A stretch of DNA of 64,000 nucleotides from an uncultured delta proteobacterium (GCA_963815115.1 CAWFFN010000012.1:416001-480000); one strand, 5' to 3'; numbered from the stretch's first letter, positions 30,150 to 39,684 are shown. Notes: generated by a model from the sequence alone, not told the origin. A program made the numbers and translations.

Positions 30150-30980
30150 CTAGCCTTCGGAGAGCCGGAAGCGGACCGGAAACGTCACGCGGCTCTCGAC
30201 CGGAACGTTGCCGCGGCGCGCGGGCAGGAAGCGCCAGCGCGTCCGCACGGTGTCGAGCGCCGACTCGTCGAGCAGCGGCGACCCCGACGAGCTCTGCACC
30301 CGCACCTCGGCCGGGCTGCCGTCGGGCCGCACCAGCACCTCGAGCGTGACGACGCCCTCCACGCCGAGCCGGCGCGCTGCCAGCGGATAGGGCGGCTTGG
30401 GATTCGAGCCGTAGGCCGGACGCGCGGTCCCGTCGCTGCCGTCGCCGCCCGAGCCGTCGCCGGTTCCCGCACCGCCGCGGCCGGTGCCGCTTCCGCCGCC
30501 GGGACCGCCGAGGCTGCCGACGCGTTCCCCCGAACCGCTCGGGGAGGGCGCGGGAGCACCGGTGGCCGCAGCGGGCGCCGCCGGCTGCGGGCGGGAGGGA
30601 GCCGGAGCCGCGAGCGCTCGCAGGCTCGCGAAGGCGGTCGGGCTCGGGGTGGCCACTGCCACCGGCTTCGTCTGGGCGGTGGGTAGCGGCGGCGGTGGTG
30701 GAGAAGGCGCCGGAACGGCCAGGGGCTGGGAAGGCGCAGGCGGGCTGCCCGATCGGCCGAGCGCCGGGGACGGCGTGCCCGGCATCGGTCCCCCACCGCC
30801 TCCACCGGCCCGCGAGACGAGGCTCACCCGTATCAGCTTGGTCCTCGCCGTCTCCAGCTGACCGGCCAGCAGATCCACGAGGGGGACCGAGCGCAGGAGG
30901 AGCAGGAACATGGCGGCGTGGACGGCCGCCGAGGTGGCGAGCGCCGCCGTCAATCGCAGGCGCTGCTGCCGATCGGACAT
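30150..30980 (-). CDS. tonB: TonB energy transducer
   Basis: N-terminal TM with SAAVH, Pro/Gly-rich linker, C-terminal PPYP..ARRLGVEG..SSG..LLDESAL..WRF. Confidence 0.9.
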   Translation of the reverse strand: MSDRQQRLRLTAALATSAAVHAAMFLLLLRSVPLVDLLAGQLETARTKLIRVSLVSRAGGGGGGPMPGTPSPALGRSGSPPAPSQPLAVPAPSPPPPPLPTAQTKPVAVATPSPTAFASLRALAAPAPSRPQPAAPAAATGAPAPSPSGSGERVGSLGGPGGGSGTGRGGAGTGDGSGGDGSDGTARPAYGSNPKPPYPLAARRLGVEGVVTLEVLVRPDGSPAEVRVQSSSGSPLLDESALDTVRTRWRFLPARRGNVPVESRVTFPVRFRLSEG

Positions 30981-31051
30981 GGACGGCCCCCAGTCATAGG
31001 GACCATCGACTCGGGGGTGCAACCCGGGCGGAGAGAAGTCCATGCGAATCG

Positions 31052-33415
31052 TCAGAAGAACCAGGTGACTCCGGCGACGACCCCGATCGGGTTCCCGGGC
31101 GTGAAGTGGATGCTGTCGGCCGGCTGACCGGTCTTCACCGACGTTCCGTCGGGCAGGACGACCACGCCCTTCCCGGGCTTGAAGTAGCAGGGGGCGGCGG
31201 GGTTCCGCGTCTGCACCTCGCTCCGGACGCACGAGTTGTCGGAGAACTGCGCCTCGCGCCAGTCGGTGTCGGTCAGGTTCAGGAGCTGGAGCGAGAACTC
31301 GAGGTCGCGCCAGCGATAGCGCGCGAAGAGGTCGAGCAGGTAGTAGCCGCGCGCCGTCACCGTGTCATCCTCGTTGCCGGCGCGGTCGGACACGTAGCGG
31401 CCGCGCAGTGCCACCGTGAGGCCGTTGTGGAAGTCGGCGGTCAGGCCCCCGTTCATGAAGATCGGCACGGCGAGCGGCACGAACCCGCCGTCGGAGAAGC
31501 GCGCGTGGCTCCAGCTCAGGTCGTAGTCGGCGGAGAGCCAGTCGGTGATCTGCCAGCGGGCCTCGAAGTCGATCCCGTAGCGCCGGCTCGGCAGCGAGCT
31601 CGCCTCGTCGGTGCCGGCGTCGCCCGAGAACACCAGCTCGCTCCCCAGGTCGAGGTTCCAGAGGGCTGCGGCGAGGTCGAGCCGGTCGAACAGATGCGTG
31701 CGCCCGCCGAGCTCGTAGCCGAGCGCCTTCACCAGCGGCGTGGGCTGGGCGGCCGCGACGACACCCGAGCCCGAGGGGCCCGCGCCGGTGAACGCTCCGA
31801 TGACCGTCGAGCGGGCGTCGTTGGAGTGAAACCCGCGGCCGAAGTTGAGATAGATCTCGCTGTTCTCCACCGGCGTGATGATGAGGTTCGCCTTCGGGCT
31901 CGGCAGCCCGGCGGTGGTGCGGCCGTTCAGGAAGACCGCGTCGAAATTGGGGTCGTTGCCCTGCCTCGGCAGCCGGTCGTTGACGTCGAAGACGTAGAAG
32001 TCTCCGCGCAGGCCACCCTCGAAGCGGAGCCAGTCGGTGAAGAAGATCTGCTGCGCCCAGAAGCCGCTGAAGGAGTGCTCGCGGATGTACACGTCGTTCA
32101 CCGTGAAGAAGCTCGTGCGGCGGACGGCGCGCTGCAGCTTCAAGTGGATGTCGTCCGTGCGGGTCTCGAGCGCGAGCTGGGTCTGCTGCGGGACGCTCGC
32201 CAGGAACCAGTTCTTCGTGTAGCTCCCGCGCCCGCCGAACACGTAGCGCTTGTCCCCCTGGTAGATCTGGTCACCGGGGATGTACCTCGCGTTCGGCAGC
32301 AGCGGACCGTCGCCGGTGTCCTCGATCCCGCCGCCCGGGAACTGCACGAAGCGCAGACCGCTGTTGGCGAAGAACGTGAAGTCGGACCACAGGCGGAGCT
32401 TGTAGCGCTGCGCGTAGCCGTGCACCTCCCACGTGTCCGTCGCGGTCGGGGTGTAGCGCCAGTCGAGGAGGAGGTTCTGGCGGTCGGTGCGCCCGCCCTC
32501 CGTCGGGTCGATGGAGCCGAACTGGTCGAGCTTTCCCTCCGCCACGAGACGCGCGGGGATCTGCCCCGAGCCGTCCCAGTCGGCGGCGTAGCCCTGCACC
32601 GTCGCCGACAGCTTCGAGTCCGGCGTGGGATCGAGCGTCACCCTGCCCTGACCGTTGTAGCGCGCCAGGTTCTCGGGATGGATGAAGGGGCCGTTGGTGT
32701 AGAACGCCTGCCCGGCGAACAAGGTCTTCACGTTGCCGAGCTGGGGTGAAGCGCCGAAGACGTAGCGCATGGTCTGGAAGGAGCCGCCCTCGGCCTTCAC
32801 GAAGTTCTCCTTGAACTCCTCCTTCGTAATCAGCTTGACCGCGCCGGCAGTGGCGAAATCGCCGAACTGCGGAAAGTACGGCCCCTTGTAGAGCTCGACC
32901 CGGTCGATCACCTCGGGAATGAGGAAGTTCGGGTCGGCGTAGCCCTGTCCGTGCGCGTGCGACACCAGGTTGATCGGCATGTCGTCGGCATAGACGGCGA
33001 CGTCGGTGCCGTGGTCGGCGTCGAAGCCGCGCAGGAACCACTGCGGCGCCTTGGAGCCGCCCTGATGCTGGGCGACCAGCAGCCCGGGGATGTTGTTGAG
33101 CACCTGCATGATGGTCAGGTGCGGGCGCTCCATGAAGTCCCTGGCGCGCAGCTCGCGCGACGACGCCGCCGACACCGGGCGCTGCGCCTCGACCACCAGC
33201 TCCTGCAGGCGTGTCTCGCCGCCCTGCCGCGCCGGCGAGGTCTGACCCGAGTCCTGTCCCGCAGGCGGATCCTCGCAGCGATCGCCGGCTGGCTGGCCGG
33301 CGGCGTCGGCGGCGTCCGGCTGGCGCGCGTCGTCCGCGGCCCGCACCGCTGCGGTGCAGACGAGACACGAGATCGTCATCGCGAAGAAGGCCGTTCCGGC
33401 TTTCCCCGGTCGCAT
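31052..33415 (-). CDS. TonB-dependent receptor, probably Ni/Co uptake
   Basis: Signal peptide, TonB-box-like ELVVEA, plug QHQGGSKAPQWFLRGFDADHGTD and SHAHGQGY, terminal Phe; near tonB and nikR. Confidence 0.9.
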   Translation of the reverse strand: MRPGKAGTAFFAMTISCLVCTAAVRAADDARQPDAADAAGQPAGDRCEDPPAGQDSGQTSPARQGGETRLQELVVEAQRPVSAASSRELRARDFMERPHLTIMQVLNNIPGLLVAQHQGGSKAPQWFLRGFDADHGTDVAVYADDMPINLVSHAHGQGYADPNFLIPEVIDRVELYKGPYFPQFGDFATAGAVKLITKEEFKENFVKAEGGSFQTMRYVFGASPQLGNVKTLFAGQAFYTNGPFIHPENLARYNGQGRVTLDPTPDSKLSATVQGYAADWDGSGQIPARLVAEGKLDQFGSIDPTEGGRTDRQNLLLDWRYTPTATDTWEVHGYAQRYKLRLWSDFTFFANSGLRFVQFPGGGIEDTGDGPLLPNARYIPGDQIYQGDKRYVFGGRGSYTKNWFLASVPQQTQLALETRTDDIHLKLQRAVRRTSFFTVNDVYIREHSFSGFWAQQIFFTDWLRFEGGLRGDFYVFDVNDRLPRQGNDPNFDAVFLNGRTTAGLPSPKANLIITPVENSEIYLNFGRGFHSNDARSTVIGAFTGAGPSGSGVVAAAQPTPLVKALGYELGGRTHLFDRLDLAAALWNLDLGSELVFSGDAGTDEASSLPSRRYGIDFEARWQITDWLSADYDLSWSHARFSDGGFVPLAVPIFMNGGLTADFHNGLTVALRGRYVSDRAGNEDDTVTARGYYLLDLFARYRWRDLEFSLQLLNLTDTDWREAQFSDNSCVRSEVQTRNPAAPCYFKPGKGVVVLPDGTSVKTGQPADSIHFTPGNPIGVVAGVTWFF

Positions 33416-33503
33416 GGCACATCCCCTCCCCGAACGATCGATCGCTCTACGGAGGCACTCCGCACTCGGATGAGGCTCCCGCGATCGTGAGAACGAGATC
33501 AGC

Positions 33504-33989
33504 TCACCGGGGCGAAGGAGGGGCGCGGGATCGGCTCGGGACGGCGACGGCGACGACGTGCCGTTCGCGGGTGGCGCCGGCCAGCAGGGCTACCGGCGCC
33601 GGGCGCGGGAGATGGATCCGTCTGGCCGGAGCGACGCGGTGAAAGGGCGAGGTCGCGCGCGCGTGCCAGGTCCACGGGACCCCCGCGGTGCGCAGCGCGC
33701 AGCCGCGGTCGCCATCGGGGTCGGATCCCGTGTTCGCATGGTCGTGGTCGTGATGGTGGAGCGCCGCCGTCTCCGCCGGCCCGAGGTGCACGTGCGGTCG
33801 GGAGCCTCCGGCGTGGCGATGAACCTCGAGCCCCGCCGGCTGCGTCGACACGGCGGCGGCGAAGCAGATCAGCACCAGCGCGGCGCCGCGAGACCTCGTG
33901 CTCCTGCGCCGCGCGCGCTGGCCGGCGACGTGCGCCGAGCCGGCAGGTCGGCACGGCGCTCGCGCGATCCGCTGCCGGGCAGCGTCCAT
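33504..33989 (-). CDS. His-rich exported leader protein with C-terminal RAPP motif (DUF2946/CruR-like architecture)
   Basis: Hydrophobic segment AALVLICFAAAVS; HRH..HVH..HHHDHDH; ends RSRAPPSPR; 88 nt upstream of the TonB-dependent receptor. Confidence 0.7.
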   Translation of the reverse strand: MDAARQRIARAPCRPAGSAHVAGQRARRRSTRSRGAALVLICFAAAVSTQPAGLEVHRHAGGSRPHVHLGPAETAALHHHDHDHANTGSDPDGDRGCALRTAGVPWTWHARATSPFHRVAPARRIHLPRPAPVALLAGATRERHVVAVAVPSRSRAPPSPR

Positions 33990-34014
33990 CGCCGCGGTGT
34001 AACACCATTCCCGG

Positions 34015-34041
34015 GTGGCACGAAAGTGCCAGTCGTAACAC
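34015..34041. promoter_or_regulatory. Candidate NikR operator
   Basis: GTGGCAC-N13-GTAACAC against the recalled deltaproteobacterial consensus GTGTTAC-N13-GTAACAC; a second GTAACAC at 33999-34005. Confidence 0.6.
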
Positions 34042-34086
34042 CGTCACATCGTGACGCGGCATCCCGCTCCGCCAGACCGCGCGCAG

Positions 34087-34575
34087 CTATCCGAGGCCTT
34101 TTCCGGTCGTCGCCAGGGTCAGGCGGCCGTGCTTCACCCCGCGCGTCGCGATGAGGCGATCGGCGAGCGCCCGCAGCCGCCGGGCACGGCCGCGCACGAC
34201 GAGCACCTCGAGACAGTGGTCGGCATCCATGTGCACGTGGAGCGCCGAGACGATCTCCGCGTAGGAGCGATGCTGGGCCGCCATCAGCCGGCCGGGCAGC
34301 AGCCGGGCATGGTGGTCGTAGACGAGGGTGATGGTGGCGACCGTCTCCGAGTCGCCGGTCTCCCACTCCTCCTCGACCAGGCCCTCGCGGACGAGGTCCC
34401 GAACCGCCTCGGAGCGGTTGGGGTACTCGCGCCGGGCCACCCATCGGTCGAGGCGCACGAGGAGGCGCTCGTCCATCGCCAGGCCGAACCGGACCAGATG
34501 CCCCGTGGCGTCGCGCGAGCGAGCACGCCGGCGCCGCGGTGGCGCCGCATGTCGGTGTTTACCGTTGGCGGACAT
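34087..34575 (-). CDS. nikR: Nickel-responsive transcriptional regulator
   Basis: RHH domain VRFGLAM..YPNRSEAVRDL; LVYDHH, HVH..HCLEV, GVKHG. Homology begins near 34505, so the start is uncertain. Confidence 0.93.
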   Translation of the reverse strand: MSANGKHRHAAPPRRRRARSRDATGHLVRFGLAMDERLLVRLDRWVARREYPNRSEAVRDLVREGLVEEEWETGDSETVATITLVYDHHARLLPGRLMAAQHRSYAEIVSALHVHMDADHCLEVLVVRGRARRLRALADRLIATRGVKHGRLTLATTGKGLG

Positions 34576-34587
34576 GCACCGTCCTCT

Positions 34588-35700
34588 TCACCGCCGCCGG
34601 GCTCGCTCGAGCGAGACCAGCGTCTCGCCCTGCCACGTCCAGCGCAGCCGCGGGCGCCGGCGGCCGAGGCCCTTGCCGAGGACGTAGCCCGCGACCAGCG
34701 GCAGCGACACCGACGGCTCGACGAAGCACATCGCGGTCGAGGCCGCGGCGTCCACCTTGCCCCACGACTTGGCCTCGTCGAGCGTCGAGCCGGAGAGACC
34801 GCCCCAGTGCGGCACGTCGGTGGTGAGCTGCACGGCGTAGGCGTGTCCGCGCTCCTGACCGAAGAGGTAGGCCATGACGACCGCGTCGTTGATGTAGTTC
34901 TTGGGGACGCCGCCGGCGATGTAGATGGCGGCGGTCGCGGGGGAGCGCACCATCGTCTGCACGAGCTCGTGGTTGTCTGCGATGGAATCGATCCCCATCC
35001 CGCGCCGGTCCTGGCGCCGCGCGCGCACCCGGTGCTCGGTCAGGCCGATGCCGATCGACGAGTCGTTCAGCGCCGGGCTGAAGACGGGCACGCCTCGCTT
35101 GCGGCACGTGACGAGGATCGATTCCGGGTCGTCGAGACGCCGGGACAGCTCGGCGATGAAGGCGCGAGACGAGTAGCTGCCGTCCGGCAGCTCGTCAGCG
35201 ACCCGCCCGCACCAGGCGTCGCACTCCCAGAACATCTCCTCGTCCACGTAGGTGTCGTAGATCCGGTCGACACGGAGGCGGTGCAGGAGCGCGTCGTCGG
35301 CCTGCGGGCTGCCGCGATAGTGACGCCCGCCACGCGCCTGGTAGAGGTCCTGGTAGAGGATCGCCCCGGTCGCCACCACGACGTCGACCACGCCCGCGTC
35401 GATCAGGTCGCGGATCACGCGGCGCAACCCCGCCGCGATGAGCGGTCCCGCGAGCCCGAGATAGACGGTCGGCCGGCGGCGATCGGCGAGCATGCGCTCG
35501 AGCACCCTGGCGACGCTCCCGAGCGCCCGCGCCTGGATGCCCGCGTCGGCGTACTGCGAGACCAGGTCGACCACGCTCGTGCCGCGCCCGACCCGCACGG
35601 CCCGGTTGGGTCGTGCGAGGATGGTCCGCTTGCGCTTACGCTGCCCGGGCGAGAGGGTGGGAAGGCCGTCGAAGCCGCTGCCGCGGAGAAGCGTCTTCAT
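34588..35700 (-). CDS. Deoxyhypusine synthase-like protein
   Basis: ATGA, RVDRIYDT, ALNDSSIG, GGVPKNY, GGLSGSTLDEAKSWGK with the catalytic Lys position retained. Confidence 0.88.
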   Translation of the reverse strand: MKTLLRGSGFDGLPTLSPGQRKRKRTILARPNRAVRVGRGTSVVDLVSQYADAGIQARALGSVARVLERMLADRRRPTVYLGLAGPLIAAGLRRVIRDLIDAGVVDVVVATGAILYQDLYQARGGRHYRGSPQADDALLHRLRVDRIYDTYVDEEMFWECDAWCGRVADELPDGSYSSRAFIAELSRRLDDPESILVTCRKRGVPVFSPALNDSSIGIGLTEHRVRARRQDRRGMGIDSIADNHELVQTMVRSPATAAIYIAGGVPKNYINDAVVMAYLFGQERGHAYAVQLTTDVPHWGGLSGSTLDEAKSWGKVDAAASTAMCFVEPSVSLPLVAGYVLGKGLGRRRPRLRWTWQGETLVSLERARRR

Positions 35701-35741
35701 GCCGGCTGCGATGTAGCACGCTGCCGGCGGAATCCGAAAAC

Positions 35742-35936
35742 TCAGTGCCCGTGGTGATGGTGCTCGTCGTGGTCGTGGTCGTGGTGGCTGTGGGTCACGC
35801 CGTCGTGCGTGTGCTCGTGTGTGTGCTTCCCGGGCGCCTGGCCGCCGTGCGAGTGTTCATGGTGTCCGTCGTCGTGAACGTGCTCGTGGCTGTGCGTCAC
35901 CTTGTCGTGCTGATGTGGGTGCTGGTGCTGGCCCAT
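35742..35936 (-). CDS. 64-aa poly-histidine protein, candidate metal store or chaperone
   Basis: 26 of 64 residues are His in HxH repeats; strong GGAGGAGG RBS before ATG 35936. Confidence 0.85.
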   Translation of the reverse strand: MGQHQHPHQHDKVTHSHEHVHDDGHHEHSHGGQAPGKHTHEHTHDGVTHSHHDHDHDEHHHHGH

Positions 35937-35962
35937 GTGGTCCTCCTCCCTCCCGATGACTA

Positions 35963-36688
35963 TCAGCCCTGGACGGTGCCGACCAGTACGATCGGGCCGG
36001 TGGGACTCTTCGAGCCGCCGGCCGGCTCGATGGACACCGCGAAGGCCGTGATCTCGGTGGGTCGCTCCAGCTTCGCGACCTGCGTCAGGTAGACGGCGCG
36101 GCCGCTCACCGCGAGCAGGCCGGCCGGCTCCGGCGGGGCATCGCCGCGCAGCGCCCACAGCTCGTAGACCTTGTTCGGGTCGAGCGCCTGGACGTCGGCC
36201 AGCACCACGGCGCCCTCGCCGGTCGCGGCGTCGACCTGGACGCGGCCGCTGCCGCTGAAGCCTTCCTTCGCCCCCAGCGATGCCGACAGGGTACGTGGGC
36301 CACCCATGATGCGCAGCGCGCGTGCCTGGGCGTCGAGCGACTCGCGCAGGCTGGCGAGCGTCCGGTCCTGGGTATCGAGGCGCGCCGTCAGCTCGGCGTT
36401 GGCGCGACCGAGGGACGCGAGCTCGTCGAGCTCGCGGTGACGGAGACCGCGCTCGCGTGCCAGCAGGCCGCCGAGGGCCAGGGCGACTGTCGCGGCGAGC
36501 GCGCCGACGGCGAGCCAGCGCGTCCGCGATCGGCGGGTCGCCGCCGTCGCGACCTCGGCGCGCGCGGTCGCGATGACGCGGCGGCGAAGCGCCGCAGGTG
36601 GCGTCGCGGCGTAGGCCTCGGCCAGCGTCTCGAGGGTGAGATCGTCGAGCGCGCGGTCGTCGACGCCTATGGTCTGCTGGTCAGGCAT
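35963..36688 (-). CDS. Anti-sigma factor, RskA-like
   Basis: PPAALRRRV, one TM, coiled coil, [22 protein letters not shown]. Confidence 0.9.
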   Translation of the reverse strand: MPDQQTIGVDDRALDDLTLETLAEAYAATPPAALRRRVIATARAEVATAATRRSRTRWLAVGALAATVALALGGLLARERGLRHRELDELASLGRANAELTARLDTQDRTLASLRESLDAQARALRIMGGPRTLSASLGAKEGFSGSGRVQVDAATGEGAVVLADVQALDPNKVYELWALRGDAPPEPAGLLAVSGRAVYLTQVAKLERPTEITAFAVSIEPAGGSKSPTGPIVLVGTVQG

Positions 36689-37241
36689 GAGCTTCCTTCT
36701 GCGCGAGGTGCGCGCGCAGCTTGAGCACGCCGTCGCGGATGCGCGTCTTGACGGTGCCGAGCGGCATCTGCTCGCGGGCGGCGATCTCGCTGTGCGTCAG
36801 CTCCTCGAAATACGCGATCTCGATGGCGCGCCGCTGCTCCTGGGGGAGCGCGGCGAGCGCCTCGCGGACGAGCGCGGCGCGCTCCGCGCGCGCCACCGCG
36901 TCGTCGGGACGCTCGGGCGCCGGTACGATGTCGCCCGGGTCCGAGCTGCGCTTCTCCGCTCGATCGCGCGAGCCGCGCGCGCGGAGGTGGTCGATGACCA
37001 GGTTGCGCACCAGGCGCAGAAACCATGCCCGCGGGCCACCGCGTCCCGGATCGAAGCGTTCCGCACGGCGCCACACGCGCAGGAACGCCTCCTGCACCGT
37101 ATCCTCGGCCAGGTCGGAGTTGCCCGCGATGCGCAGCGCGAGGCCGTAGGCGAGCGGCGAGAGCCGGTCGTAGAGCTCGCCGAGCGCGCGATCGTCGCCC
37201 CGTGCCACGCGGGAGAGGAGCGCCGTCTCGATGTCCGCCAC
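36681..37241 (-). CDS. ECF RNA polymerase sigma factor, SigK-like
   Basis: [43 protein letters not shown]. Confidence 0.93.
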   Translation of the reverse strand: MADIETALLSRVARGDDRALGELYDRLSPLAYGLALRIAGNSDLAEDTVQEAFLRVWRRAERFDPGRGGPRAWFLRLVRNLVIDHLRARGSRDRAEKRSSDPGDIVPAPERPDDAVARAERAALVREALAALPQEQRRAIEIAYFEELTHSEIAAREQMPLGTVKTRIRDGVLKLRAHLAQKEAHA

Positions 37242-37262
37242 GTCGGCCAGCGTCGTCTTCTC

Positions 37263-38000
37263 CTAGACCAGCAAGCCCGCGTCGATGCCGATCTCCCAGG
37301 CGAGCAGGAGGCCGACGGCGATGCTCCCCACGCCCGCCGCGGTACGCAGCGCGAGATCGACGCGAGCGAAGCGCGCGCCGGCGAGGACGAACGGCACGCC
37401 GAGGAGCGTGCTCATCATCATCATCCCGCCGATCGAGCCCACGCCGAAGACGGCGATGTAGGCGAACGCGACCGCGGGGCTGGGGATGGTGGCCAGTACG
37501 GCGAGCATCAGCGCGGCGCTGCCCGCGAGCCCGTGGACGAGCCCGACCAGGAACGGGCGGCGCGCGTTCACCATCGGATGGTGGACCGGATGGTGGTGCG
37601 GCTCGGCGGGGGGTTCGCCGGCGGCATGGACGTGCGCGTGGACGTGGTGGTGGCGGCCGTGCTCGTGGGCGTGCACGTGGAGCGTCGCACCGCGGCGGAT
37701 GGTGCGCAGGAGGTTGAGACCGAGGACGATCAGCATCACGGCCACGCCGAGCTCGAGCCCCTGTGCGAGGCGCGGCGGGATCTCGGTGTGCAATGCGATC
37801 ACCACGACCCCGGCGATGAGCAGGGACGCGGTGTGGCCGAGCCCCCACACGGCACCTACCAGCGACGACCGCCACAGGCTGCGACGCTGGCTCACGATGG
37901 TCGACACCGCCGCCAGGTGGTCGACGTCGAGCGCGTGCCGCAGCCCGAGCACGAAGCCGAGACCGAGCACGGCGAGCGGGCTGGTCGACGGCGCCATCAC
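37263..38000 (-). CDS. UreH/NiCoT-like nickel permease
   Basis: RHALDVDH, WGLGH, His-rich loop, GLVHGLAGS. Confidence 0.85.
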   Translation of the reverse strand: MMAPSTSPLAVLGLGFVLGLRHALDVDHLAAVSTIVSQRRSLWRSSLVGAVWGLGHTASLLIAGVVVIALHTEIPPRLAQGLELGVAVMLIVLGLNLLRTIRRGATLHVHAHEHGRHHHVHAHVHAAGEPPAEPHHHPVHHPMVNARRPFLVGLVHGLAGSAALMLAVLATIPSPAVAFAYIAVFGVGSIGGMMMMSTLLGVPFVLAGARFARVDLALRTAAGVGSIAVGLLLAWEIGIDAGLLV

Positions 38001-39454
38001 GCGGCCATCTGCGCCAGGGCTTCGACCACGACGGCGAGCCCGGCCAGAGAGATGACGACGGCGCTGGCCACCGGGGCGTAGCGCGCGAAGCGGCCGTCGA
38101 GGGGCAGCCGGTCGACGAGACCGCGGGCATAGACCAGGACGATGCCGATGCCGGTCAGCACGGCGGCCAGCCCGATGCTGAACGCGACGATGAGCGCGAG
38201 CCCGAAGGCGACACGCCCGAGCGCGATGGCGCCCAGCATCACGACCAGGGCGGACGGGCAGGGCAGCAGCCCGCCCGAGATGCCGAGGGCGACGAGGCTG
38301 CGGAGGGTGATCGGCGTGCCGGGCGGCGGAAGGTGATCATGACCATGATCTTGGCCGTGAGCATGCCCATGATCGTGGTCGTGGTGATGGTGATCATGCG
38401 CGTGGTCGTGGTCGTGATGATCGTGATGGTGGTGCTGGCCCGCCGCCACGTGCAGCCGGGACATGGCGAGCGATGCGCCCACGGCGACCACGAGCAGACC
38501 CGAGATCACGCTGATCCAGGGAAAGAGCCGTTCGGGCACGATCCAGGCCGACGCTGCCAGCGTGCCGAGGCCGAGCAGGTAGACACCGAGCGTGTGCGTC
38601 GCGGTCACCACGAGCCCGAGGAGCAGCGCATGGCGTGCCGTGCCGCGTGATCCGACGAGATAGGCTCCGACCACCGTCTTGCCGTGTCCGGGCGTGAGGG
38701 CGTGCAAACCCCCGAGCATCGCGGCGACGATCAGCGAGGTGAGGATGGCCCAGGGGCCGAGCGGCGTCGGATTGGAGATCAGCGCGGTGAATCGGTCGCC
38801 GAAGCGCTCGGCGCTGCTCCGCGCGGCCGCAGGCGGCGCGGCGGTCCCGGTCGATGCGGTGTTGGCGCCGATGGTGAAGTGCGCTGCGGACACCTGGAGC
38901 GGCGCCTGCAGCATGCTGTCGGGGTAGGCGCGCAGGGCGCGGCTGACGTCGGCGGCGGGAACCGTCGAGCCCCGGAGGCTCATGCCGTTCCCGGCGGCGA
39001 CCACCTCCTGCCAGCCCGGACGGCCGGCGAAGTTGTGGTCGCGGAACACGACGTCGCCGTCGGGCCGCGGCAGCTCGGCTCGATACGTGACGTCGAGCCG
39101 CAGCGTCCTCAGGCCGCCCGCACCGGGGGCCAGCTCGAGCGTCGAGGCGATCGGCGTCGGCGCCAGTGCCACGCCGTCGCGTGTGAGCTCGAGCCCGCGC
39201 GCCAGCTCGGCTGCCTGTCGCGCCGTGTAGGCGTCGCGCTCGGCTGCATCGATGGCGCCGTTGCCGTCGGTGTCGACGAGTCCGATCTCGCGGTAGGCGG
39301 GGAGCTCGGCCAGATCGACCACGTAGGCGATGCGCACCGCCTGCGGCTCGACGGTGAGCGCGGCGTAGCGATTGGTGGTGAAGTTGCCGAGCGGATGGGC
39401 TCCGGCGATCGCCGAGACGGCGAGGACGGCCAGCGTGGTGAGCCAGCTCTTCAT
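37997..39454 (-). CDS. RcnA/HoxN-like Ni/Co transporter with N-terminal extracytoplasmic domain
   Basis: Signal peptide then HPLGNF; EF-hand-like DTDGNGAID; HALTPGHGKTV, His-rich loop, GLLPCPSA. Confidence 0.87.
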   Translation of the reverse strand: MKSWLTTLAVLAVSAIAGAHPLGNFTTNRYAALTVEPQAVRIAYVVDLAELPAYREIGLVDTDGNGAIDAAERDAYTARQAAELARGLELTRDGVALAPTPIASTLELAPGAGGLRTLRLDVTYRAELPRPDGDVVFRDHNFAGRPGWQEVVAAGNGMSLRGSTVPAADVSRALRAYPDSMLQAPLQVSAAHFTIGANTASTGTAAPPAAARSSAERFGDRFTALISNPTPLGPWAILTSLIVAAMLGGLHALTPGHGKTVVGAYLVGSRGTARHALLLGLVVTATHTLGVYLLGLGTLAASAWIVPERLFPWISVISGLLVVAVGASLAMSRLHVAAGQHHHHDHHDHDHAHDHHHHDHDHGHAHGQDHGHDHLPPPGTPITLRSLVALGISGGLLPCPSALVVMLGAIALGRVAFGLALIVAFSIGLAAVLTGIGIVLVYARGLVDRLPLDGRFARYAPVASAVVISLAGLAVVVEALAQMAA

Positions 39455-39684
39455 CGTGCATCCCGATGATCGGCGCGGGCCAGGCGCTGGCCCTCGAGGG
39501 CGTCCAGCGCGGCACGGGCCATCGGGCCCTGACGTACGTCGAAGGCCGGGTCGAGCGCAAGCGAGCGCGAGCGATGGCGGAGCGCCGTCCGGGGCCGACC
39601 GAGCGCCCTGGCGGCCATCGCTCCGTGGCAGCGCAGCGAGGCCCCCTCGGTGCCGAGCCGCAGCGCCCGAGGCCCGAACCGCAT
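39451..39684 (-). pseudogene. C-terminal remnant of a TPR protein gene
   Basis: RALRLGT..ASL..HGAM..ALG..SLALDPAFD..ARAAL; its stop overlaps the transporter start (ATGA at 39451-39454); no N-terminal part present. Confidence 0.6.

Noticed and set aside
38333-38440. Short tandem repeats (GTGATG/GTGGTC), also at 35745-35935
   Set aside because: These are His-codon runs of real proteins, not CRISPR or satellite DNA.
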